From assembly GCA_031553415.1 (NCBI GenBank), contig JAVBLO010000087.1:1-45504 (forward strand): a stretch of DNA of 45,504 nucleotides, given 5' to 3'. The notes beneath the pieces are model-generated. The model had not been told where the DNA came from. It saw nothing but the letters and a program-made list of their open reading frames with translations, and ran no database searches. Numbering within the stretch: the stretch's first letter is position 1; each line of letters begins with the position of its first letter. Positions 38,033 to 45,504 of this stretch are shown here, piece by piece. The translations under genes were made by a program, and so were the position numbers. This stretch comes from Bacteroidales bacterium. Lineage in GTDB: Bacteria > Bacteroidota > Bacteroidia > Bacteroidales > Azobacteroidaceae.

Positions 38033-39265
38033 ATGAATAAGTATATCTTATCCCTAATCTGCATCTCTATAGCTTTTGCATCCTCTGCAAAAATATATAC
38101 TGTTAAAGATGTCCCTAATGTACAATTGGAGGATGCAACCCGTTTTGTATCCAATCCTGATGAAATTATTTCAAAAAACGCAGAAAATATAATCAACAGC
38201 GAAATTGCAGTTGTCAGGGATTCTGCATCTGCCGAAATTGCAGTTGTTTTACTTGAATCAATCGGAGACAGGGACATAGATGATTTTGCAACCGACCTTT
38301 TCATGGATTGGAAAATAGGGAAAAAGGATAATGATAACGGTTTACTATTCCTTTTGGTTAAAGACCAGCGGCAGATGGTTTTCCGTACAGGATACGGGTT
38401 GGAAGGCGTACTCCCAGATGCTATTTTAGGACGTGTTATCAGGAATGATATTTCTCCATATCTTAAACAGGGAGATTTCGATGGGGGAATCACAAACGGA
38501 ATCGAAAAAGTTTGTGAATATTTGCTCAATCCGGAAGCCATACAGGAAATTTATTCTTCCGAAAATTCAAAACCCGGGATTCATTTTGAAGAAAGTAGTG
38601 TTTTTGGGTACCTGTTTGTTGGCTTTGTTATTTGTTTCCTTTTTGTAATATGGACTATTTCTGTGTTGGGTACAAACAAAAATAACTATGAAAAATACAT
38701 GTCGTTCAAGAAAGGAAAAGGACTTACTATCTTTTTTACAGTCTTCTTTCCAATTTCTATGTTGCTCTTTTGCATCATCTATTTCTTCTTGAAGGGAAGG
38801 TTACGCAACAAACCCATTAAATGTCCGAAATGTAAAACCAAAATGCAGAAGCTGAGTCAAACGGAAGAAGTTCCTTATTTGAACAGACCTCAGTTGACAG
38901 AAGAAAAAATCGGTTCGATAGATTATGATGTTTGGAAATGTGATAATTGTAATTATCTGGAAATACTTCCCTATAAGAAAAGGTCAAAATATACTCCTTG
39001 TCCGTTTTGCAATGCAGTGACATATTATCTTGCCAGCGATATTGTTATTTCAAGGGCGACAACCCTCTCTTCCGGTGCGGGAGAACAAACTTTTAGTTGC
39101 AAAAATTGCGGGAAAAGCTACAAAAGAAGATATAAAATACCCAGAATTGTTGTCACCTCAAGCAGTGACCATGGTGGAAGTAGTTGGGGAAGTGGTTCCG
39201 GGAACAGCGGCGGCTCATGGGGTGGCGGTAGCACTGGTGGTGGCGGAGCGAGGGGCGGCTGGTGA
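38033..39265 (+). CDS. TPM-domain (YgcG-like) membrane protein with inserted double zinc-ribbon and Gly-rich C-terminal tail
   Basis: Signal peptide MNKYILSLICISIAFA. TPM phosphatase-like domain. Two TM helices. Four CxxC pairs (CPKC, CDNC, CPFC, CKNC). Tail GGSSWGSGSGNSGGSWGGGSTGGGGARGGW. Confidence 0.75.
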   Translation: MNKYILSLICISIAFASSAKIYTVKDVPNVQLEDATRFVSNPDEIISKNAENIINSEIAVVRDSASAEIAVVLLESIGDRDIDDFATDLFMDWKIGKKDNDNGLLFLLVKDQRQMVFRTGYGLEGVLPDAILGRVIRNDISPYLKQGDFDGGITNGIEKVCEYLLNPEAIQEIYSSENSKPGIHFEESSVFGYLFVGFVICFLFVIWTISVLGTNKNNYEKYMSFKKGKGLTIFFTVFFPISMLLFCIIYFFLKGRLRNKPIKCPKCKTKMQKLSQTEEVPYLNRPQLTEEKIGSIDYDVWKCDNCNYLEILPYKKRSKYTPCPFCNAVTYYLASDIVISRATTLSSGAGEQTFSCKNCGKSYKRRYKIPRIVVTSSSDHGGSSWGSGSGNSGGSWGGGSTGGGGARGGW

Positions 39266-40273
39266 TTTCAAATAATCCCGGGCGGCTTCAATAAACGGGT
39301 CTATAGTTCCACCTTTATCATTCCATTCTACAAATTCATCAGGATCTATTCCAAATTCAATTTGTTGCTTATTTTCGTCTAAATTAGGACAAGCCGAATA
39401 TCTTACCGACCAACCGTTAGGCAATTCTGATGACATCGGGAGACCTCCTCCTCCTCCCGTCCGGTCTCCCATAATCGTTACCAAAGGAAATAATCGCATG
39501 GCGCTGACAAATTCATTGGTGGCGCTGTAACATTTCCTGTTAGTCAACACTACAACCGGTTTTTGATAACGTATTCTTGTAGAAGGCTCTATATATTTGG
39601 AGAAAGGGTCAGAAAAATCATCATGTCCTTTGCCTGTCTTGTGCTGAACATATCCTATAAGGATTTTCTCATTCGTAAAACGGGATGCAAATTCGGTCGC
39701 ATTCGTTAATGTTCCTCCCCCATTATTCCTTACATCAATAATAATTCCATCACAAATAGCGAATTTATTCAAAATATAATCCAAAGAACTCAAACTTACA
39801 CCCACAGAAAAATCTCCGTAACAGATGTATCCTGTGTTATTGTTCAAAATCTTGTAACGCACTCCGGAAGTAATGGAATAATCAGTACCTAAATATTTGT
39901 CTATCAATTTTTGGTCGAAATTTTCGGGATAATCTTCAAACCATTTCCAATATCTTCCGTAATCAAACGTAGTTACCAAATTAACATGACCGTCTTTCAA
40001 TTCCTGCAACATTTCGTTTAATAATTTAAACAGCTCTTCATCAGTCATTTGTTCATTAACACGTTTGGAATAATCAGCGTGTATTTCGTCCCAATCAATG
40101 TCTTTATAAGAAAAGAAACAGTATTTTTCATCCATGATTTTCCAAAGAGCTTCGAAATTGCCACGCGGGGAATCGTCGTATTCGTCAACTTTTACGCAGG
40201 AAGAAAAGATGAAAAAAAACAAAAATATTCCGATAACTCCCGATGACTTCTGATGACTTCTGATAACTTCCAT
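39215..40273 (-). CDS. S41-family (C-terminal processing / tail-specific-like) peptidase, lipoprotein
   Basis: Likely start MEVIRSHQKSSGVIGIFLFFFIFSSC (lipobox). S41-like catalytic region ...TNRKCYSATNEFVSA... then TIMGDRTGGGGG. The 3' end overlaps the convergent TPM gene by about 50 bp. Confidence 0.55.
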   Translation of the reverse strand: MEVIRSHQKSSGVIGIFLFFFIFSSCVKVDEYDDSPRGNFEALWKIMDEKYCFFSYKDIDWDEIHADYSKRVNEQMTDEELFKLLNEMLQELKDGHVNLVTTFDYGRYWKWFEDYPENFDQKLIDKYLGTDYSITSGVRYKILNNNTGYICYGDFSVGVSLSSLDYILNKFAICDGIIIDVRNNGGGTLTNATEFASRFTNEKILIGYVQHKTGKGHDDFSDPFSKYIEPSTRIRYQKPVVVLTNRKCYSATNEFVSAMRLFPLVTIMGDRTGGGGGLPMSSELPNGWSVRYSACPNLDENKQQIEFGIDPDEFVEWNDKGGTIDPFIEAARDYLKSPAAPRSATTSATATP

Positions 40274-40280
40274 ATATCCT

Positions 40281-41120
40281 TTACTCAAAAACCCGTTTAT
40301 ATTTCCCTTTAGCCTGTTTTTTCCCCGAAACGGTAAAAACTTCTTTCGAAAATCCTATCATAAAACTATTGTTATGAATGCGGGTATCTATCTCATTCAC
40401 CCGGGTTTCATAAATCGAATTTACATACATCAACCTTAAAGTTATAAAATCTAAAGGAATTTCGAGCGAAAGGCTATTCCGCAGGATAACCTGATTATGA
40501 TAGGACGCAAAGTGCACCAAATGGTCGTCATCGCCCAGCGAAATTTCGTAATAAGATTGTCCGTAATGCGGAGAAAACATGATTCCCACAAAGGGAGAAC
40601 TGATTTGATAGCGCACCCTGAATGGCTGGAATTTTATATTGAAATCGTAAGAAGCCGCACCGGATAATGCCAGGTTTATATGTGCTTTACCAGTTGCCGG
40701 GTTATTGGAATTCCTTGTATTGTAAATAAACCCGGCAATCCCGTTAATCTGGCTTCCTGTATAAATTTTCAGGTTGGATACCGGAGCAAATCGGCAAAAC
40801 AATCCATAACTGTATTCCAAGAAACCAGTATATTCGGTAGAATTTTTCGAAGGGTTTTCGATCGATGAGAAATCGATATTAAACAATTGTTGCCCGGCTA
40901 CATTTCCTTTGAGCAATCCTGTCATCTTCATATTTTCCTGCATGAAACCGAATGATGTGCCGGTGTATTCCAATGGAGAAAGGTATGTGTCGTAGACACT
41001 GACTCCTCCTATACCAATCATGCTTGATCTGTAACTCAGGTTTACGGGTTGTTCTTCCTGCGAAAAACAGGAAAATAACCCGGAAAATAACGCAATTACA
41101 ATGATCAAATATTTTCGCAT
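40281..41120 (-). CDS. putative outer-membrane beta-barrel protein
   Basis: Likely start MRKYLIIVIALFSGLFSCFSQ (signal peptide). Alternating amphipathic beta-strand pattern. C-terminal aromatic-rich end. Confidence 0.5.
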   Translation of the reverse strand: MRKYLIIVIALFSGLFSCFSQEEQPVNLSYRSSMIGIGGVSVYDTYLSPLEYTGTSFGFMQENMKMTGLLKGNVAGQQLFNIDFSSIENPSKNSTEYTGFLEYSYGLFCRFAPVSNLKIYTGSQINGIAGFIYNTRNSNNPATGKAHINLALSGAASYDFNIKFQPFRVRYQISSPFVGIMFSPHYGQSYYEISLGDDDHLVHFASYHNQVILRNSLSLEIPLDFITLRLMYVNSIYETRVNEIDTRIHNNSFMIGFSKEVFTVSGKKQAKGKYKRVFE

Positions 41121-41136
41121 GTTAATGAAAAAGTAA

Positions 41137-41186
41137 AAATGAACAATTAACAATGAAGGGTAATTTTTCATTGTTAATTGTTCATT
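41137..41186 (-). terminator. rho-independent terminator of the topoisomerase gene (perfect 20-bp-arm palindrome)
   Basis: AATGAACAATTAACAATGAA (41138-41157) is the reverse complement of 41167-41186, with loop GGGTAATTT. On the minus strand it is followed by TTTTT. It sits directly after the stop codon at 41186-41188. Confidence 0.6.
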
Positions 41187-43897
41187 CAATCAAACAATTT
41201 CCTTTGTCCAATGATTTCGTCCAGAATATCAGATGGCGATTTTTCGTCTTCTTCCGGATTCAGGTCGATTTCCGTTACCTCCGGCTGTTGTTCCGGTTCC
41301 GGGAAACGGGTTGGTTCCAGTTCATTGACTGTACTGATTTCATAAGTGGTAAGGCGCTTTCCTTTGGCTTTATAACTTTTTACTGCAATAAATTCTTCAG
41401 CATCTATCACCATCGGCTCACGGAAATTGTCGTGACCCCCGAAGACAATTTCCATACGTGGATAAACTTCATCCGTAAGCAAAATAAGACTCGAATTGTT
41501 ATTATCGCCTAAGAAGTTCATCTTTTTCGTAGTTTCCTCGAATGTAAACCTTTTTAAGTATGGTTTTCCTTCCTGATCGGCATCATATAAAGCGGCAGAC
41601 CAAACTTTATTGGGATTAAACTTCTCGATAACAAGAATGTTATCTTCGTAATGATTGCTTACATCAAAATTGCTTGTATAGAATTCACCGTTTTGCCGTA
41701 CTACCAGAATCAAATCATTAGCAAAGAATTCGCCAAGCAACTCTCCTCTTCCATCATAATTCAAACGAAGCACATCGCGATCGAACCAAACTTCACGCCC
41801 TCCCAATGTGGAACCACCTTTTTGCTTCAACGTAATTTTATGTACTTCAGCTTTAGTCAGGATATTACCCATCGATTGGCGTCCCTTGATTGCAATATCG
41901 CTGAAATTCTTATCAAAAACAAGCAACTTCTGACGGGGCTTTGGCTTCAGTATCACCTTGATAGTTTCAGCTTCTCCATTTGGATTGGGAGAAAAATAAA
42001 CAATACGGCTTCCTGCCGTTCCCTGCGTCACATCATATTCCTTATCACGAGTAACGCCTGTTACTGCAAAGCGTTTGATATAATACGGAGCAATTTTTCC
42101 GTCGCGATAAATCACATTATATATGGTACGGTTATCGTTCTTTTTGAATACATTGATATAAAGTATGTTTTTTCCGACAAACAATTTTTCGGCGATTTTC
42201 ACCACTTTATATTTTCCATCACGGAAGAAGATAATAATATCGTCAATATCAGAACAGTTGCAAACATACTCGTCTTTTTTCAATCCATAACCGATAAATC
42301 CTTCTTCACGGTTGATATACAGTTTTTCGTTGGCTTCTACCACTTTGGTTGCCTCAATTGTATCGAAACTGCGGATTTCTGTTCTGCGGGGATAATTTTT
42401 CCCGTATTTTTCTTTCAGCGTGGAGAACCAGTTGATAGTATATTCAACAATATGCGCAAGATGATAATTGATTTCTTCTACTTGTGTTTTGTAACCGGCA
42501 ATCAATTCATCAGCTTTATCTTTGTTGAATTTCAGGATGCGTCCCATCTTGATTTCCATGAGGCGCAAAATATCATCACGGTTAATTTCACGGATAAACA
42601 AAGGTTTGAAAGGAGTCAGCCTTGCATCAATGTGTCCGATGGCCTCATCCATTGTTTTGGCATTCTCAAATTCTTTGTCTTTGTAAATCCGTTCTTCGAT
42701 AAATATTTTTTCCAAAGAAGCGAAGAGCAAGCTTTCTAACAATTCTCCTTTTTGAATTTCCAATTCCAATTGAAGTAAACGCAGCGTATTATCCGCGCAA
42801 TGCCTCAATACATCCGAAACACACAAGAAATGCGGTTTGTTATTTTCGATAATACAACAGTTCGGGGAAATACTGATTTCGCAATCGGTAAAAGCATAAA
42901 GCGCATCAATTGTTTTATCGGATGAAACTCCCGGAGCCAGATGAATAACAATTTCAGCATTTTTCGCTGTCATATCATCTACTTTCCGGATTTTGATCTT
43001 GCCTTTATCATTGGCTTTCAAGATAGATTCCGTTAAAGTAGAAGTTGTTTTCCCGAAAGGAATTTCAGTGACCGAAAGCGTTTTGTTATCGACTTTATTG
43101 ATTTTGGCGCGCACTTTTACAGAGCCGCCCCTTTCTCCATCATTATACTTGCCTACATCAATATATCCTCCGGTTTGAAAATCGGGATATAAGGTAAAAC
43201 TTTCGTTTTTAAGGTGAGTAATAGAAGCATCCAGCAATTCATTGAAATTGTGTGGTAATATTTTGGATGAAAGTCCTACGGCAATACCTTCTACTCCCTG
43301 CGCCAACAACAAAGGAAATTTAATAGGAAGCGTTATGGGTTCTTTGTTACGGCCATCGTAAGATAACTTCCAATCGGTAGTTTTCGGATTAAAAACAACT
43401 TCGAGGGCGAATTTAGTGAGCCTGGCTTCGATATAACGGGGCGCTGCAGCACCATCGCCCGTCAGGATATTTCCCCAGTTTCCCTGGCAATCGACCAGCA
43501 TGTCTTTTTGTCCGAGCTGCACAAGCGCATCCCCGATAGAAGCATCTCCGTGCGGGTGGAATTTCATGGTTTCTCCCACGATGTTCGCGACCTTGTTATA
43601 ACGGCCGTCTTCCAAACGGCGCATAGTGTGGAGAATCCGTCGTTGTACGGGTTTCAATCCGTCGTTGATATGCGGAACCGCACGTTCCAGGATAACATAA
43701 GAAGCATAATCCAAAAACCAGTTCTGGTACATTCCCGACAGATGGTGTTTTATCGTACCATCACCACCTCCCGGAACTTTATATTCGGAATGGGTTGCCG
43801 AAGATGACAATTCGTTTTCTTCATTCAGTTGTTCATCATTCGTATCACCAGCAGGAATTTCCGGTGTTTCTTCTTCGTTGATATCTTCAATGCTCAT
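41186..43897 (-). CDS. parC: type II topoisomerase subunit A (GyrA/ParC family; length suggests topoisomerase IV ParC)
   Basis: 903 aa. YASYVILERAVPHINDGLKPVQRRILHTM... HPHGDASIGDALVQLGQ are canonical GyrA/ParC N-terminal motifs. The ParC-versus-GyrA call is tentative. Confidence 0.8.
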   Translation of the reverse strand: MSIEDINEEETPEIPAGDTNDEQLNEENELSSSATHSEYKVPGGGDGTIKHHLSGMYQNWFLDYASYVILERAVPHINDGLKPVQRRILHTMRRLEDGRYNKVANIVGETMKFHPHGDASIGDALVQLGQKDMLVDCQGNWGNILTGDGAAAPRYIEARLTKFALEVVFNPKTTDWKLSYDGRNKEPITLPIKFPLLLAQGVEGIAVGLSSKILPHNFNELLDASITHLKNESFTLYPDFQTGGYIDVGKYNDGERGGSVKVRAKINKVDNKTLSVTEIPFGKTTSTLTESILKANDKGKIKIRKVDDMTAKNAEIVIHLAPGVSSDKTIDALYAFTDCEISISPNCCIIENNKPHFLCVSDVLRHCADNTLRLLQLELEIQKGELLESLLFASLEKIFIEERIYKDKEFENAKTMDEAIGHIDARLTPFKPLFIREINRDDILRLMEIKMGRILKFNKDKADELIAGYKTQVEEINYHLAHIVEYTINWFSTLKEKYGKNYPRRTEIRSFDTIEATKVVEANEKLYINREEGFIGYGLKKDEYVCNCSDIDDIIIFFRDGKYKVVKIAEKLFVGKNILYINVFKKNDNRTIYNVIYRDGKIAPYYIKRFAVTGVTRDKEYDVTQGTAGSRIVYFSPNPNGEAETIKVILKPKPRQKLLVFDKNFSDIAIKGRQSMGNILTKAEVHKITLKQKGGSTLGGREVWFDRDVLRLNYDGRGELLGEFFANDLILVVRQNGEFYTSNFDVSNHYEDNILVIEKFNPNKVWSAALYDADQEGKPYLKRFTFEETTKKMNFLGDNNNSSLILLTDEVYPRMEIVFGGHDNFREPMVIDAEEFIAVKSYKAKGKRLTTYEISTVNELEPTRFPEPEQQPEVTEIDLNPEEDEKSPSDILDEIIGQRKLFD

Positions 43898-44204
43898 ATC
43901 AATAATAATCTACTTACTAAGTCCTTGAATTATTTTTTATGAGGCCAAAGATACTTATTTTTGGCAAAATTTCCTTCTTCCAGTCAAATGAAAAATCGTA
44001 AAACAATTTTCAAACGATTGTTGTACTCCTTATTCAAATGCGGGCAAAAACATTCAAATCGTTCCCGAATGTAGCTTAAATAAAAGTCAAGATAACTTCT
44101 AAGTGTAAACCAATATTTCAAAGACCGTTTGAAATACTACTTTCTTTTATAATCAAAATCCCTTAACGATTTTTCAAAACCTCGTAATACAATCTAAATT
44201 ATCC

Positions 44205-44212
44205 CTTCTACT
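44205..44212 (+). promoter_or_regulatory. Bacteroidota -7 box (TActTTTG) upstream of the HU-like gene
   Basis: TACTTTTG lies about 80 nt upstream of the probable start at 44293. Confidence 0.25.
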
Positions 44213-44292
44213 TTTGCGGCCGTAATCAATAATTATTTGGCCAGATGATATTGTTATTCTATTTATTTATCCACATCTTAAATTTGAATTTT

Positions 44293-44850
44293 ATGTTGAA
44301 GTATGCATTAGTAGAGAGTGCAATGGCGACAGTACCTAACAATTGTGTTGCTGTGGTTTCCAGTCCTGAAGTTAAGGACCTTAACGATGTGATTAATTTT
44401 ATGATTGCCGAGGGTACCGGTCTGACCCGTCCTCAAGCCCTGGCTTATTTCGAAAAACTGATTCAAACCGTTGAGTATTTTGTCGGGCAAGGACACCGTG
44501 TAAAGACACCTTTGATAAAGGTTTGTCCAACCATCACCGGAACCTTTAAAGACAAGAAGGATACTTTTGATTCTTCCCGTCACCGGATTAATATCCGTGC
44601 TACAGCAGGATTGCGGTTAAAAGAACTTCCTTCTAAAATTAAGTTGGAAAAAGTCGCAGTTGCCCAACAGTCTCCCGACCCACAGTTGTTTATCGATGGC
44701 AGCAGTCAGGAAATGAATCTTTCGGCCAGTCCGGGTGGCATCGGTGTATTGAAAGGTATTTTACTGAAGTTCGACCCGGCCGATTCTTTACAGGGAGTAT
44801 TCTTTGCCGCAGCCGATAATCCTTTTGTAGAAATCTACGATTCTGGTTAA
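44293..44850 (+). CDS. HU-like/histone-like DNA-binding domain protein with C-terminal extension
   Basis: Probable start MLKYALVESAMAT... The N-terminal ~90 aa resemble Bacteroides HU-family DNA-binding proteins. Domain assignment is tentative. Confidence 0.45.
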   Translation: MLKYALVESAMATVPNNCVAVVSSPEVKDLNDVINFMIAEGTGLTRPQALAYFEKLIQTVEYFVGQGHRVKTPLIKVCPTITGTFKDKKDTFDSSRHRINIRATAGLRLKELPSKIKLEKVAVAQQSPDPQLFIDGSSQEMNLSASPGGIGVLKGILLKFDPADSLQGVFFAAADNPFVEIYDSG

Positions 44851-45034
44851 AGCTATGTCCCGGAACGGGAATCATATTCTAAAAGGAGAACTTAAAGAAA
44901 GTATTAATGTCTAAATTAATGTGAGTTGAAATCAATGAATGTTTTTTAGAAGAGGCTGAAAGCCTCAAAGCAATAGTGTAGGGCCCTAATCAAAACAATC
45001 ATCTCAATCTTAACTCTTAATTTTTAACTAATTT

Positions 45035-45148
45035 ATGGCAACTATAGATAAATTCACACCCTTTCTCCTGAAGTGGGAAGGGGGATTTGTAAACGATTCC
45101 CTCGACTTGGGAGGAGCTACCAACATGGGTGTAACTCTCAAAACATGA
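45035..45148 (+). pseudogene. GH108 (lysozyme-like) N-terminal fragment, truncated after 37 codons
   Basis: MATIDKFTPFLLKWEGGFVNDSLDLGGATNMGVTLKT* matches the conserved GH108 N-terminus (F..LkwEGGyvnDp.DpGG.T..GiT). It is followed immediately by a stop. Confidence 0.45.
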
Positions 45149-45336
45149 CAGGATGTCGGATATGACAAAAACGATGACGGCATCATCAATGAAGTAAAGC
45201 TATATGTCCCTGAAAAATAAACTCTTGCGTTGCTTTTTCGAATAAATCATTGATTACAGAGAATCCTTCCTTTTGGAACAACCCAATAAGATATTCAGAA
45301 AAAGCTATTTGCACAACCTGTTTAGTCTCGCTGGAT

Positions 45337-45504
45337 TTAATGGGAAGTGGGATTGGCAATGGAAGGAGCCTGTTGTTGCATGATTCTGGCTGTAACCAAC
45401 AACCGGGATGCTATGGCATTGTGTTCTCCATCCCGCAATTCCAAACCAAAACTGTATGCGGCGATTTCTTTTGCCGCTTTATCCAAACCGAATTGTTCGA
45501 AAAA
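45337..45504 (-). CDS. 3' end of an unidentified gene running off the window
   Basis: Open frame ...FEQFGLDKAAKEIAAYSFGLELRDGEHNAIASRLLVTARIMQQQAPSIANPTSH* on the minus strand. Partial, with no recognisable family. Confidence 0.3.
   Translation of the reverse strand, partial: FFEQFGLDKAAKEIAAYSFGLELRDGEHNAIASRLLVTARIMQQQAPSIANPTSH

Noticed and set aside
44950-44975. Small hairpin GAGGCTGAAAGCCTC after the HU-like gene
   Set aside because: The stem is 5-6 bp with the T-run on the wrong (5') side for the plus strand and no T-run for the minus strand. It is not a convincing intrinsic terminator.
1-45504. CRISPR arrays, rRNA or tRNA genes
   Set aside because: No regularly spaced direct repeats of CRISPR type and no cloverleaf-compatible or rRNA-like conserved segments were found in any intergenic region. 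The only repeats are the 175-bp pair, the palindromes and the short tandem units described above.

Overview
This 45.5-kb window is AT-rich overall (roughly 40-43% GC by eye), lacks obvious Shine-Dalgarno sites and shows TAnnTTTG-type -7 promoter boxes, so it is a Bacteroidota chromosome. Two proteins carry T9SS C-terminal sorting domains, so the organism has a type IX secretion system.

Left ~10 kb (1-10600): a compositionally foreign Rhs-type polymorphic toxin locus (GC about 50-53% in the core genes), all on the minus strand. Reading in transcription order it encodes a T9SS-CTD secreted protein (372 aa), a SpvB/TcB-like protein with a Sec signal peptide (1031 aa), and an Rhs/YD-repeat core protein with a Sec signal peptide, a DPxGM autoproteolysis motif and a ~210-aa AT-rich variable C-terminal toxin tip (1100 aa). 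These are followed by a lipoprotein that is probably the immunity protein, an orphan Rhs C-terminal toxin module that keeps the last conserved core motif (CANNP..ID..G), and a small multi-TM protein that is probably its immunity protein. The locus is bracketed by two copies of a ~175-bp structured direct repeat (201-375 and 9721-9894). Each copy is preceded by rhs-core-derived sequence: copy 1 by a 98%-identical 203-bp duplicate of rhs positions 3329-3531, copy 2 by a degenerate ~60-nt remnant of the same region. Copy 2 is followed by a 5'-truncated IS1182-like transposase remnant that ends in a perfect 32-bp-arm palindrome.

Middle (10.7-19.7 kb): an ECF sigma / anti-sigma pair, the hybrid-cluster protein gene hcp, and LemA with a partner membrane protein.

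19.8-29.1 kb: a co-directional, tightly packed minus-strand array encoding a YbjN-like protein, PspA/IM30 (ESCRT-III superfamily), a DUF2007 protein, an NfeD/YqiJ-like protein, a flotillin (SPFH), and a 1610-aa giant protein with a long coiled-coil and a C-terminal MoxR/dynein-type AAA+ module. Further downstream on the same strand lie a secreted HExxH protein, a small secreted protein, a BASS-like transporter, LemA and its partner. I flag this array as a candidate uncharacterised membrane-remodelling/repair system.

Right third: housekeeping and envelope genes (XRE regulator, long-chain acyl-CoA synthetase, T9SS-secreted trypsin-like serine protease, purL, TPM-domain protein with an inserted zinc-ribbon, S41 peptidase, an OM protein, parC/gyrA-family topoisomerase subunit A, HU-like DNA-binding protein, a GH108 lysozyme N-terminal fragment) with a family of AT-rich perfect-palindrome terminators. 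No rRNA, tRNA or CRISPR was recognised.
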